A DNA stretch of 64,000 bases from Heteronotia binoei (Eukaryota), in assembly GCF_032191835.1 (NCBI RefSeq), contig NC_083235.1:18166001-18230000 (forward strand). Direction: 5' to 3'. Each line of letters starts with the position of its first letter. Position 1 is the stretch's first letter. The notes below the pieces were generated by a model. The model was given only the letters and a program-made list of their open reading frames with translations, was not told where the DNA came from and made no database searches. Position numbers and translations under genes: made by a program. Shown here piece after piece: positions 33,672 through 46,450 of this stretch.

Positions 33672-36636
33672 GGTTTGACTACATCAGGGTGTGTGTCCTA
33701 ATATGCAAAGGAGTTCCTGCTACAAAAAAAGTCCTGCATTCGGTCATACTGAGAGACCTAAAGTTACCCCAAGCCAGGAATATTTTTGCAAGATTTCTCC
33801 AACTTTTAAATATCATTCAAGTGAGTCAAAGTTTATTATGGGTTATGAGCTGTACAAAATCAGAACCCCCCCCCCCCAATATTAATTAGTTACATCAAAT
33901 CTCTACATATATAATTCTTCCTAGAATATCTAATAATATAAGGGTTTACTCAGATTCTGAGTAAATTATACACAAGATATTATCTTGGCCCATATTTTCA
34001 TTGAAGATAGCAGAAATTTAGCTACAGATAGAGTAATTCTTTGGTCAATACAATAATCCTTTGGTTAGAGCATCTGCTCAAAGAATATGAATATTGACGT
34101 GGAATCGCTGGAGCTAAATTGAATAGGCATAAAGACATTTGGTGGGCTGTAGCTGAAGTTTATTGAAAATCAGTATCCTTCATACAGTCATTGATTGCTA
34201 AAATAGCTACACTTTGCACAACTGAATTTTTTTAAAGCAAGGGAAAGACCCAATATGGTGAATTTCTCCTCTATTGGGTTAAGTTGATATAGTATCAGAA
34301 TTAGATATTAGGCTACTAGAAAATTGATTCTTTTGTTGATGAACAAAAGTCAGATTCTGATTATAAATGCTTAGTAGCCAGGCCAAATTTACCAGTGGTG
34401 TGATATCTATTTTACCTTTGGTTTGTAATGACTTATGGCTAAATACAAATAAATGCTTTCACCAGGGCAACCAAGGTCATAAAATTGCAGAGTGTCCCAG
34501 GGTCTTATCTTCTATTATGTATAGTTATCAAAAACCAAATAGTCCTCTAACACAAATATTGAGACAGTTTCTCTTTGCAGTAAAAAAAAAAAAACCCTTT
34601 CAAGCATGTGCACTTTCATCAATAATAAAACTAAAAATGAGAAAATAATAAATTCCTCATCCATTTAGCTTGGCTTGGCTTCAGGGGGTATGATCTAATA
34701 TGCAAATTAGACCCTGATGGGCTTTTTCTACCAAAAAAAAGCCTGTGTGGAAACAATGGTGATGTGGAGGTGTGGCCTAATATGCCAATGAGTTCCTGCT
34801 GGGCCTTTTCTACAAAAAAGTCCTGCTCTCAATAGATCATGATTCTACATACCAATGGTTATCCATATTTGTTTATTTATTAAAACATTTATATCTTGAC
34901 TTTGTTCTTGGTTCAAGGTGGCTTACAATGGTTCACGAAACATCCACAGGTATCATTGCTTTCATTGCATCACTGAAGACAACTTTGTTTCGGCTCAACT
35001 ACCTGTGAATATCTGCCAACATACGCACTTACTTCTTCTTGGAGCCCATGTACTCCTCTCCCAAAGTGTGCCTTTCCTGTATTAAAAAGCACAGTCCCAG
35101 CTATCCTCTCCTTAATGGGAGAAGGAAGTGTTTTGGAGGAACCCAAAAGCGTCCTCCAATCAGGTCTGTGGTATTGTTCTTCCTCCTCACCCTCACTCAT
35201 TCAGTTGCTCCCAGGACTGCAAAGTTTTATACTCTGTGATCAGTGAACAAAAATAGCATTCTCATAAGAAGAGGGTTTAATCTAGTTGCCTGGCCTTAAG
35301 GAATGAAAATGATATCCTAAAGACCAAATGGATATGTCACCCCAGCCTCTGCTCATTTCAGTCACCAAAACTCTCTTCTACAAGTTTATCCTTTGAGCAA
35401 CTGAATAACCTTTGAGTTTGGTCTACCGTAGAGGTTACCTAACAGCCAGTTTGTTGTTGCATCAGCCCCAGGCTTGTTTGTTTTGCTCTAAGGAGACCTG
35501 CCATGATGAAGCCAAAGATTCATAAGCCACTAGAGAATACAGCGAATTTAGAAATCAAACCTGGTTGTAGATGACTGGAAGAGATGCCTGGATATAGTGA
35601 AGCAGAGTCCAGTTCTGAGATTTATCTCTTGAAAGGAGCCATGTAGATATTCCTGTTTAGGATTCTAGTGGGTTTTTTTTTAAGGTACTGTGTCTTCTAT
35701 CACCCATTACATTTCCTTTCTTGGACAGATTTTGCTGAAAGATAAATTAATTGAATCATCTTCAAGGCTGAGAAGAACAGGGCTCTTTCTTGACCCCCAT
35801 CCCAGTACTTATGTTGTATGTCTCACAAAGGATCGGACATACAGATCTTCTATTAGTAGTATTATCTGCTTTGGGCTTTTCAAATACCCAAAGCTGGTTC
35901 AAGCCAGTATTTTAACAAGTCTTTCAATACAAACATCCCCAGTCTGTTACCATACAGAGTGCTGCCAACTGTTCATGCAAGACGACTGAAATTGCTGCTC
36001 TTTTTGTGAACACAGACTTTATACAATCATATGAGATTCTCAACTCAAGAGTATTTATGCCATTAAAGGTTCTGAATCTGAATCAGAGCAGGAGGAAACG
36101 GGTATAGTAAGCAAGGTAAGTTTAATTTTTTAGTCTTATCTGCAGAAAGTAAACCATTGCAAAGCAAAGTTTATTTTCAATGATTTACAATTATTGCTAT
36201 ACATTTTGTTCTACAGTTTTCAACAAGATGTTATTTAGCGGCTGACATACAATAATGTGATGCAGGGGTATGTATGAATCAAGGCCCAGAGAGAACTCAG
36301 TTCAATCCTCAGTCTGACCTCACCCATGCAGTTATTGTGAGAATGAAATGAGGGAGTAGAAAACTATGTGTGTTATTCTAAATGCCTTGGAAGAATCGAT
36401 GTCTAGAAACATAGTAGGTAGATATACTTCAAGGTCAACTTACTTTTCAAGGACAATTGCTGATGTTCCACAAATGGACTTCTGTTGCCTTTTCCTAACA
36501 TTTCACTGGCCTTCTCTGATCTATTGTGCCACTATCTGAACCACAATTCAGAAATCCAGAGAATATCCAAGATGTGCTGTGTCCCAAGAAGTATGTTTCT
36601 ATTTCTTTTACAGGGAACAAAACAGGAAAGGACCAT

Positions 36637-37569
36637 ATGGGGGATAGCAACACGACCGACGTGAACGAGTTCATCTTGCTTGGGATTTCCGATCACCCCA
36701 GGGCTCAGATGGTGATGTTTGTGGTTTTTCTCATCTTCTACCTCCTCACACTATTCGGTAACAGCCTTCTCATTGCCCTAATCATTCTGAGTCCCCTTCT
36801 TCACACACCGATGTATTTCTTTCTTTGCAACCTCTCCTTCTTGGACATGTTCTACACCACCTGCAGCATTCCTCAGATGCTGATTAACTGTTTCTTCCGC
36901 CGACCCACCATATCCTATACCCGATGCATAATTGGGATGTATGTCAGTCTCCTTCTCGGCATAGCAGAGTGTTTCTTGCTGGCTGTCATGGCGTATGACC
37001 GCTTTACCGCCATATGCAACCCTTTGCATTACACCGTCATAATGAGTTGGAAGGTGTGTATCCAGTTGGCCGCCTTGTCTTGGGGCAGTGCCACTGTGAT
37101 TGCTCTGATGCCTCGGCTGCTTCAACCCACTCAGTTTTGTGGCCACAACATCATCAACCACTTCACTTGTGAGCTTCAGGCGTTCTTCAAGCTGGCTTGC
37201 TCAGATACACATGTGGTTGAGATTGTCATCATGACCAACAGCTTTATTGTCCTTGTTGTGCCCTTCAGTTTCATCTTGGTGACCTATGGGCGCATTGCCC
37301 AGGCTGTGATGCGCATGCACTCAGCCAAGGGACGAGGCAAGGCTTTTTCAACCTGTGGGTCCCATATGGTGGTGGTCAGCATCTTCTATGGATCAGCCCT
37401 CTCCATGTACTTGCGGCCTCAAAGCAAAACCATCTCTGACCTTGACAAAATTGTCTCCCTGTTTTATGGAGTGGTGACCCCAATGCTCAACCCTTTGATT
37501 TACAGCCTTAGAAATAAAGATGTGAAAGGAGCCTTTTGGAGAGTGCTTGGGAAGAAAATGCCTGAATGA
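36637..37569 (+). CDS. Olfactory receptor OR-2b, 310 aa, intact duplicate of OR-2a
   Basis: Same motifs; about 18 aa differences from OR-2a by hand count. Confidence 0.96.
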   Translation: MGDSNTTDVNEFILLGISDHPRAQMVMFVVFLIFYLLTLFGNSLLIALIILSPLLHTPMYFFLCNLSFLDMFYTTCSIPQMLINCFFRRPTISYTRCIIGMYVSLLLGIAECFLLAVMAYDRFTAICNPLHYTVIMSWKVCIQLAALSWGSATVIALMPRLLQPTQFCGHNIINHFTCELQAFFKLACSDTHVVEIVIMTNSFIVLVVPFSFILVTYGRIAQAVMRMHSAKGRGKAFSTCGSHMVVVSIFYGSALSMYLRPQSKTISDLDKIVSLFYGVVTPMLNPLIYSLRNKDVKGAFWRVLGKKMPE

Positions 37570-38331
37570 AGGATTTGCCCACCTCTCTGTCCAGTCATCC
37601 CCTCCACAATAAAACACTTTCCTTCATTTCCCCTTTTTCCTTTTCCTCTTTTCTTTTGTCAATCAAATTTTCTACTTTGTTTCGTCAAACCTTTCTTTAT
37701 TTTCCCACCCATCTTTCTTTTCTTCCAAATCACAGAAATTAGGACCACTCCTGAAAGCTGTACTGGTTTTACAAAATCTAGTTTACTTATTAGAAAAATA
37801 TTAGATGATTTTTCACTTTTGAAAATGTGCTCGGACTGCCCTACAAGTAGGGAATTTGTGGAGATTTGGGGACACAGGTTAGGGAGAGAGTTTAGCGAAA
37901 GGGGAAGGAGATCAGAAAGGATATAGTGTAAGAGCATCCATCCTCTGAAGCTGTCATTTCCTGATTTCTGTTGTGTAGAGACTGGGGATAACTGACAGCA
38001 ACATCTGGAGGGAGGCAATCCAAGATTTTAAGATGGAAGTTATATGGACATGGCCAGTCCGTTTGACCTGAGGGTACAGAGAGGAGTGCACAGAAGAAGG
38101 TATTCCATACACTATGGATGAATTGTCATATGTCATTGTGCGTAGTATAGCCAGGAGGTCCTAAGATTGTCTGGTAGCCACAGAAATCTGTTCAGAATCA
38201 GAACTACAACAGGGCAAATGTCAGAGCAGAGAGTTTTGGTTCTATCTCCCAGTCTTAGTTGAAAGGTTAACCTTTGGCCAGTCACATAGTCTCCACCAAA
38301 CCTACTTCACAGAATTGTGGGGGCAGGATCT

Positions 38332-38582
38332 GGAGAGCCAGTTTTGTGTAATGGTTAAGTGTGCGGACTCTTATCTGGGAGAACCGGGTTTGATTCCCCA
38401 CTCCTCCACTTGCACCTGCTAGCATGGCCTTGGGTCCGCCATAGCTCTGGCAGAGGTTGTCCTGGAAAGGGCAGCTGCTGTGAGAGCCCTCTCCAGCCCC
38501 ACCCACCTCACAGTGTGTCTGTTGTGGGGGAGGAACGTAAAGGAGATTGTGAGCCGCTCTGAGACTCTTCGGAGTAGAGGGC
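38332..38582 (+). mobile_element. tRNA-derived SINE (Squam3-like), copy-B specific
   Basis: GAGAGCCAGTTTTGTGTAATGGTTAAGTGTGCGGACTC..GGGTTTGATTCCCC head. Confidence 0.8.
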
Positions 38583-39967
38583 ATAAGCTTGCCAATCCCC
38601 AGGTTCCAGCAGGGGTTCTTCTGCTTTCCCAGACTCCTTCCCCCCCCCCCAGTCCTCCAGAGGCCATCTAGCCTCTGTTTAAAAACCTCCAAGGAAGGAG
38701 AGCCCACCACCTCCTGAGGAAGCCTGTTCCACTGAGGAACCACTCTAACGGTCAGGAAGTTCTTCCTAATGTTGAGCCGGAAACTCTTTTGATTCAATTT
38801 CAGCCCATTGGTTCTGGTCCAACTTTCTGGGGCCACAGAAAACAATTCCACACTATCCTTTAGATGACAGCCTTTCAAGTACTTGGTGATCGTATCACCT
38901 CTCAGCCATCTCCTCTCCAGGCTAAACATGCCCAGCTCCTTCAACCTTTCTTCATAGGACTTGGTTTCCAGACTGCTCTCCATTTTCGTCACCCTCCTCT
39001 GGACCTGTTCCAGCTTATCTATATCCTTCTTAAAATGTGGTGCCCAAAACTGTTGGTGGGGTGGCTGTATTTCTGCTGTTACTTGAGTTAGAAATAGTCC
39101 CTCTCAGCAGCCAGGATTCCACCCCCAGAACTTCAAGCCACTTCATAATATTGCTCTGGCAGGAAAGCTCTACGGGGAAAGAAAAAGGGGAAACTACCCT
39201 ATGAAATGGGTGGGAAAGGGAGTAAGATCAAGCAGGAAAGGGAGTGATTTCTCGTTGAGAAATACAGTTGTACAGGAACTGATGATCACAGTACTTGACA
39301 GAGGGCATGTGCATGTACAACTCCAGAGATTTGGAACATTAAGCACACACATGTGTATTCCTGGACAAAATTATATTATTAGAAGCGTGTCATGTTTATA
39401 TCAGGGTCTCACATATGGGTAGCACTTCATGATTCATCCTTTTAAAAAGAGAGTCAACAGAAAGCACATCTTTACAGTAGAAACCTTGAAAAAACATTCT
39501 ATAATAGCTGATACATATACACACAGTTATTCATGTTATAAAAGAAAAATGTGAAATGACGCTACTAAGGAATCAGTGTGTGCATGCATGCACAACCGAT
39601 AGTAAATTTACAATTAATTATGATCTGAAAATCACAACCCCAAAATTGTATGCACTTCATTGCCATTAGAGTCTAATAACTGATTCAATCCATCTTGGTC
39701 AGCGCTGAGTTGAGTTCAGTGCCTGGGTATAAAGGGTCCATTTTTGGAAATGTGAGGCGATGCGTATAAAGGTATCCCCAAACTAAGTGAACCCACAATA
39801 AGATCCCTCATGCCCAAGTGACTTTTGTGAGCCAGAAGTCCACAATTAGAGCTCTGGCAGATTTACTGCCAGCAGCCACAAGATGTTTTAAATGTCTGAT
39901 AGGCGGGGAAGTGGTTTGCTGTCTTCTGAGTCCATATTCATAGAATACTGCTGATGGGGAATATTTC

Positions 39968-40390
39968 TCATCATCATCAGCCTTTATTGGCATAAAAGAA
40001 ATCAGTTACACAGAGTAAGAAGATTACCAAGATATACAGAATAAAAATTACCCATGAAATACAAAAATTACGGTTAAATTTTAGAGACATCGTTACCAAT
40101 TAAAACTATGGTTACAAAATCCTTGGCATATCACGGTGGCCAAAAAAATGAACTTGGCTACTATTTCAGTGTCTTTTGGGGAGAAACCGCTCAGGAGCCT
40201 ACAGACTTTCAAGGCATCTGAGCAGTCTCCCAATTTCTCTAGAATGGGATGCAGAAGTGAGTTACGAAGCTGTGAATATAGCAAATAGTGGAGCAAGACA
40301 TGAGGGATTGTTTCAACGGATGTGTGGTCACAAGGACAGTATCTAAGAGAGTAGGTCATCATGTTATATCTGCTAAGAAGTATGGCAGAG
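39968..40390 (-). mobile_element. LINE 3' fragment, clade uncertain
   Basis: Minus translation RYCPCD..SVETIPHVLLH..LY resembles a LINE ORF2 C-terminal Cys/His motif; tail AATAAAGGC(TGA)n. Confidence 0.6.
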
Positions 40391-40399
40391 GGCAGAGCA

Positions 40400-40896
40400 T
40401 TACATCTAGCAAGAGAGAAAGCTCTTCAGTGCTTGGGTGTCAATAGAAGTCTCACAGAGGTCTAAGAGAGAGCAGAACAGAGCAGAGCAGCTCTGATAAG
40501 CTGAGACAGCTGGAGAAGTTGCTGAGAATTTCTGAGTTTTGAAAGATTTCATTATGAGGTTTGTGGGACTGCTTAAAATTCTTAGTTGTGATAGCTGGGG
40601 AACTGCTGTTTGTTTGGTTGAGTGGGCTAAAGGTGAAAGTGATTGAGAGTGGTTGTTGCTGATTGCTTAGGAGTGGTCTGCTCCACCCTCTTTCCATTTT
40701 AAGCTGCGCCTTGTGAAAAGCGCGAGCCTAAGGGCAAGAGCTAAAGGGCTCTTGGCCTGTGGCTCTTCGCCTAGGGGCTTTCTAAGGACCAGGTACTCAG
40801 ATCCCTAATTTCATTGTTCTCCCAATAAGGTAAGTTGACCCTCCAGAAGGGGAGCCACTTAAACAAACAGCATTTAAAGAGGACTGTATATTTAAA

Positions 40897-40937
<41 letters not shown>

Positions 40938-41866
40938 GCCAGCAGGGGGGTGGGGACAGAAGTCTTGGGTGTGTGCTCAATGCAAGGAGCTCCTGGCCCT
41001 CAGGGAATGAGTTCGTACCTTTGACGCTGAGGTGACTGCCCTGGAGAAGCAGAGACGGTCAATTAGGCAATTGGGGAAGACTCTCGGGGGCGTATTAGAT
41101 GAGCCCCACTCTGAACGTGGCAGCCCCGTTGCTGCCAGAGAGTGTGAGGGTCAAGAGGGAACAGGGCACCTTGCTGAGGATAAGGGGAATGGGCACTCAG
41201 AAGGGACCTCTTCTTCGGTTGGTGAGCGGGAATCCTTTCACGCCAAGGAACCATCCCTGGGCAGGGGGAGAGGGGGGGGTTGGAAGTTGGTGATTCAATC
41301 CTTAGACAAGTAGACAGCTGGGTGGCGAAGCCACATACTGACCGTATGGTGACTTGCCTGCCTGGTGTGAAGGTAGCGGGCATTACGCGTGTAGTAGATA
41401 GGCTGATAGACAGTGCTGGAGAGGAGCCGGTTGTTGTGGTGCATGTTGGCACCAACAATGTGGGGAAATGTAGTTGTGAGGTCCTGGAGGAAAAATTTAG
41501 GCTGCTAGGCGGGAGACTTAAGGCCAGGACCTCCAAGGTAGCCTTCTCGGAAGTCCTACCTGTTCCATGTGCAGGGCAGGAGAGACAGGCACAAATTAGA
41601 AGTCTCAATGTGTGGATGAGACGATGGTGTAAGGAGGAAGGGTTTAAGTTTGTTAGGCACTGGGATGCTTTTTGGAACAAGCGGGAGCTGTACAAAAGAG
41701 ACAGTCTCCACTTTTCCCCAGATGGAACCAGGCTGCTGGCGCTTAAAATCAAAAAGGTGGCAGAGCAGGTTTTTAAACTAAATCTTGGGAGAAAGCTGAC
41801 AGGAGATGAAATGTCTCTGGTTCGGGAGGACTCATCTCAAAGAGATGAAGGGTTAGCTGCTATTTT
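40400..41866 (+). mobile_element. CR1 5' portion (5'UTR, internally deleted ORF1 with SGNH esterase, first codons of ORF2)
   Basis: DSILRQVDSW..TCLPG..VVHVGTN..LH esterase motifs; inverted homolog of ~45470-46440; (AT)n at ~40895-40935. Confidence 0.85.
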
Positions 41867-42550
41867 TGTGTTTTAACCAATTTATTGATAGCATATGGTT
41901 ACAGAACTTAATTTCCCTTCATTGCTTCAATACTAACCCATATGACTTTTCAATCCCCCCTCCCTCCAATATAGACTTCCCCGAGGTTATAGATTCTAAT
42001 TCAATACTAAAGATACATCTGACTAATCAAAATTCGATTATATAAATATTTCCCCCCCCTTCTTGCTTCTTCGTTTCCCCCCCCCCCCCCCATTATTACT
42101 AAAAAATTGTCCAATGTCTTCTTACATTCGACTCTTTCTCTATGTATTCCTTAAACTTCCTCCACTCTTTTTTAAATATCTCCAGATCATAGTCTCTTAA
42201 TGTTCTAGTTAATTTATCCATTTCACTCCACGATAGAACTTTCATAGTCCAATCCCATTTATCCGGTATTTTTTCTTGCTTCCAAAGCTGCGCATACAAT
42301 GTCCTAGCAGCTGATAGCAGGTACCAAATTAGAGTCCTATCTTCCTTTGGATATTTTTCTAATTGTAATCCAAGCAAAAATGTCTCTGCAATTTTCTTAA
42401 AGTCGTAACCCAATATTTTGGAGATTTCTTGTTGTATCATCTTCCAATACTCTTTCGCTTTTTCACATGTCCACCACATATGGAAGAAAGAACCTTCATG
42501 TTTTTTACACTTCCAACATCTATCCGACATTTTCTTGCTCATCTTAGCCA
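41866..42550 (-). mobile_element. L1/Tx1-clade LINE 3' fragment
   Basis: RCWKCKKHEGSFFHMWWTC C-terminal motif; 3' tail CAATAAATTGGTTAAAACACA; same family as 46784-49057. Confidence 0.85.
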
Positions 42551-45500
42551 CACACACACACTGTGGCTAATAGCCACTGATGGACCTCTGCTCCATATTT
42601 TTATCTAAACCCCTCTTGAAGGTGGCTATACTTGTGGCCGCCACCACCTCCTGTGGCAGTGAATTCCACATGTTAATCACCCTTTGGGTGAAGTACTTCC
42701 TTTTATCCGTTTTAACCTTTCTGCTCAGCAATTTCATCGAATGCCCACGAGTTCTTGTATTGTGAGAAAGGGAGAAAAGTACTTCTTTCTCTACTTTCTC
42801 CATCCCATGCATTATCTTGTAAACCTCTATCATGTCACCCCGCACTCGACGTTTCTCCAAGCTAAAGAGTCCCAAGCGTTTCAACCTTTCTTCATAGGGA
42901 AAGTGCTCCAGCCCTTTAATCATTCTAGTTGCCCTTCTCTGGACTTTCTCCAATGCTATAATATCCTTTTTGAGGTGCGGCGACCAGAACTGCACACAGT
43001 ACTCCAAATGAGACCGCACCATCGATTTATGCAGGGGCATTATGATACTGGCTGATTTGTTTTCAATTCTCTTCCTAATAATTCCCAGCATGGCGTTGGC
43101 CTTTTTTAATGCAGACGCACACTGTCTTGACATTTTCAGTGAGTTATCTACCACGACCCCAAGATCTCTCTCTTGGTCAGTCTCTGCCAGTTCACACCCC
43201 ATCAACTTGTATTTGTAGCTGGGATTCTTGGCCCCAATGTGCATTACTTTGCACTTGGCCACATTGAACCGCATCTGCCACGTTGACGCCCACTCACCCA
43301 GCCTCAACAGATCCCTTTGGAGTTCCTCACAATCCTCTCTGGTTCTCCCCACCCTGAACAATTTAGTGTCATCCGCAAACTTGGCTACTTCACTGCTCAC
43401 TCCCAACTCTAAATCATTTATGAACAAGTTAAAGAGCATGGGACCCAGTACCGAGCCCTGAGGCACCCCACTGCTTACCGTCCTCCACTGCGAAGACTGC
43501 CCATTTATACTGACTCTCTGCTTCCTATTACTAAGCCAGTTTTTGATCCACAAGAGGACCTGTCCTTTTACTCCATGACTCTCAAGTTTTCTAAGGAGCC
43601 TTTGATGAGGAACTTTATCAAAAGCTTTCTGGAAGTTAAGGTAAACAACATCTATCGGGTCGCCTTTGTCCACATGTTTGTTCACCCCCTCAAAGAAATG
43701 TAACAGGTTAGTGAGGCAAGATCTTCCCTTGCAGAACCCATGCTGAGTCTTCCTCAATAACCCGTGTTCATCAATGTGCCTACTCATTCTGTCCTTGATA
43801 ATGCTTTCTACCAACTTTCCCGGTATTGAAGTCAGACTGACTGGCATGTAATTTCCCGGATCTCCTCTGGAACCCTTTTTAAAGATGGGGGTGACATTTG
43901 CTACCTTCCAGTCCTCAGGAACGGAGGCAGATTTCAATGAAAGATTACAGATTTTTGTTAGAAGATCCACAAGTTCAACTTTGAGTTCTTTCAGAACTCT
44001 CGGATGTATGCCATCCGGACCCGGTGACTTATTAGTTTTTAATTTGTCTATCAGTTGTAGGACCTCCTCTTTTGTCACCTCAATCTGACTCAGGTCTTTC
44101 AACACCCCTTCCAAAATTAGTGGTTCTGGGGCGGGCAAAAAGTTCTCGTCTTCCACAGTGAAGACGGAGGCAAAAAATTCATTTAGCTTCTCAGCCATTT
44201 CCCTATCCTCCTTCAGTAATCCTTTTACCCCATGGTCATCCAAGGGCCCCACTGCCTCCCTGGCTGGTTTCCTACTTCTAATATATTTGAAGAAATTTTT
44301 ATTGTTGGTTTTTATGTTTTTTGCAATATGCTCCTCATAGTCCCTTTTTGCCTGCCTGATCACAGTCTTGCATTTGATTTGCCACAGCCTGTGTTCCCTT
44401 TTACTAATCTCACTTGGACTGGTTTTCCACCGCTTAAAGGAGTCCTTCCTACCTTTTACAGCTTCCATTACTTTGTTTTTTAACCACGCAGGCCTTTTCT
44501 TATGCCTGTTTGTGCCTTTCCTAACTTGTGGTATGTATTTTATCTGAGCTTCTAGGATTATAGTTTTAAATAGCGTCCAAGCTTCCCCAAGGGTTTTGAC
44601 CGTATGTACCTTTCCTTTCAGTTTCCTCCTCACATGCCTCCTCATCTCAGTGTATTTACCCCTTTTAAAGTTAAACGTGGTTGTGGCGGTCTTTTTGGAC
44701 AACTCCCTATTTATACAAACGGTGAAATCAATAACATTATGGTCACTGCTCCCAAGCAGCGCAATCACTTTTACATCTCTCACCAAGTCTTGGGCATTAC
44801 TTAGGACCAAATCCAGGATCACCCCACCCCTGGTAGGTTCTGAGACCATCTGCTCCATAGCACAGTCATTGAGAGCATCAAGAAACTCAATCTCTTTCTC
44901 TCGACCAGAACACATATTGACCCAATCAATCTGCGGGTAGTTAAAATCACCTATTACGACACAGTTTTTACGTTTAGCCGCTATCTTTAAACCTTCCATC
45001 ATATTATAATCGTCCTCTCTCTTTTGATTTGGTGGGCGATAACAAACTCCCATAGTTAAATTTCCTTTTGGGCCCTCTATTTCAACCCAAAGCATTTCTA
45101 AAAGTGAATCTAATTCTCTGACCTCAGTCTTACTGGACCGTATATCCTCTCTGACATACAGAGCCACCCCACCTCCAACCCTTCCCTCCCTATCCTTCCG
45201 ATATAGCTTATATCTAGGAATCACCGTGTCCCACTGATTCTCCTCATTCCACCAAGTTTCTGAAATTCCCACAATGTCTATGTTTTCTCCCAACACTAAA
45301 CATTCCAATTCACCAATTTTACTTCGAACACTTCTAGCATTTGCATACAAACATCTATAATTTCCCAGGCGAGCTAGCCCCGCCACTTTCCTCCTGCCAC
45401 CTCGAGACTCTGGCAGACAGTCCATATTGTTTGTCGCCTTCACAGTGGACAACTCTCGTCTGTTACCCGGTAGAAAAATGGCAGCTAACCCTTCATCTCT

Positions 45501-46450
45501 TTGAGACGAGTCCTCCCGAACCAGAGACATTTCATCTCCTGTCGGCTTTCCCCCAAGATTTAGTTTAAAAACTGCTCTGCCACCTTTTTGATTTTAAGCG
45601 CCAGCAGCCTGGTTCCATCCGGGGACAAGTGGAGACCGTCTCTTTTGTACAGCTCCCGCTTGTTCCAGAAAGCATCCAAGTGCCTAACAAACTTAAACCC
45701 TTCCTCCTTACACCATCGTCTCATCCACACATTGAGACTTCTAATTTGTGCCTGTCTCTCCTGCCCTGCACGTGGAACAGGTAGCACTTCCAAGAAGGCT
45801 ACCTTGGAGGTCCTGGCCTTAAGTCTCCCGCCTAGAAGCCTAAATTTTTCCTCCAGGACCTCACAACTGCATTTCCCCACATCGTTGGTGCCAACATGCA
45901 CCACGACCACAGGCTCCTCCCCAGCACTGTCTATCAGTCTATCTACTACACGCATAATGTCCGCTACCTTCGCACCAGGCAGGCAAGTCACCATACGGTC
46001 AGTACGCGGTTTCGCCACCCAGCTGTCTACTTACCTAAGGATCGAATCACCAACTACCAACCCCCCCCTCTCCCCCTGCTCAGGGATTCCCGCTCACCAA
46101 CCGAAGAAGAGGTCCCTTCTGAGGGCGCATTCCACTTGTCCTCAGCACGGTGCCCTGTTCCCGCTCGACCCTCTCACTCTCTGGCAGCAACGGGGCTGCT
46201 ACGTTCAGAGCGGGGCTCATCTAATACGCCCCCGAGAGTCTTCCCCAAGTGCCTAACTGACCGTCTCTGCTTCTCCAGGGCAGTCACCTCGGCCTCAAGG
46301 GTACGAACTCGTTCCCTGAGGACCAGGAGCTCCTTGCATCGAGCACACACCCAAGACTTCTGTCCTTTGGGCAGATAGTCATACATGTGACACTCAGTGC
46401 AAAACACTGGAAAGCCCCCAACCCCCTGCTGGCATTCTGTCTTCATGATA
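42551..46450 (-). mobile_element. Near full-length CR1 LINE (5'UTR lost; 3'UTR cut at its (CA)n)
   Basis: ORF1 (Cys-rich N-terminus plus esterase GTND/DGLH, TAA at 46031-46033) and long ORF2. Confidence 0.93.
42567..45530 (-). CDS. CR1 ORF2 (APE endonuclease plus RT), open 987 aa but RT motif A reads YLNF instead of YLDF
   Basis: YANARS, GISETW, GDFN, SDH endonuclease; GVPQGSVLGP and FADD RT motifs. Confidence 0.88.
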   Translation of the reverse strand: MSLVREDSSQRDEGLAAIFLPGNRRELSTVKATNNMDCLPESRGGRRKVAGLARLGNYRCLYANARSVRSKIGELECLVLGENIDIVGISETWWNEENQWDTVIPRYKLYRKDREGRVGGGVALYVREDIRSSKTEVRELDSLLEMLWVEIEGPKGNLTMGVCYRPPNQKREDDYNMMEGLKIAAKRKNCVVIGDFNYPQIDWVNMCSGREKEIEFLDALNDCAMEQMVSEPTRGGVILDLVLSNAQDLVRDVKVIALLGSSDHNVIDFTVCINRELSKKTATTTFNFKRGKYTEMRRHVRRKLKGKVHTVKTLGEAWTLFKTIILEAQIKYIPQVRKGTNRHKKRPAWLKNKVMEAVKGRKDSFKRWKTSPSEISKREHRLWQIKCKTVIRQAKRDYEEHIAKNIKTNNKNFFKYIRSRKPAREAVGPLDDHGVKGLLKEDREMAEKLNEFFASVFTVEDENFLPAPEPLILEGVLKDLSQIEVTKEEVLQLIDKLKTNKSPGPDGIHPRVLKELKVELVDLLTKICNLSLKSASVPEDWKVANVTPIFKKGSRGDPGNYMPVSLTSIPGKLVESIIKDRMSRHIDEHGLLRKTQHGFCKGRSCLTNLLHFFEGVNKHVDKGDPIDVVYLNFQKAFDKVPHQRLLRKLESHGVKGQVLLWIKNWLSNRKQRVSINGQSSQWRTVSSGVPQGSVLGPMLFNLFINDLELGVSSEVAKFADDTKLFRVGRTREDCEELQRDLLRLGEWASTWQMRFNVAKCKVMHIGAKNPSYKYKLMGCELAETDQERDLGVVVDNSLKMSRQCASALKKANAMLGIIRKRIENKSASIIMPLHKSMVRSHLEYCVQFWSPHLKKDIIALEKVQRRATRMIKGLEHFPYEERLKRLGLFSLEKRRVRGDMIEVYKIMHGMEKVEKEVLFSLSHNTRTRGHSMKLLSRKVKTDKRKYFTQRVINMWNSLPQEVVAATSIATFKRGLDKNMEQRSISGY

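Larger units (their letters stand above)
28467..39280 (+). repeat. Segmental duplication copy B (lacks the chromovirus; OR-1 mostly deleted)
   Basis: Collinear with 1-18625. Empty Gypsy site at ~31746 and a 1248-bp deletion at 33671/33672. Confidence 0.95.
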
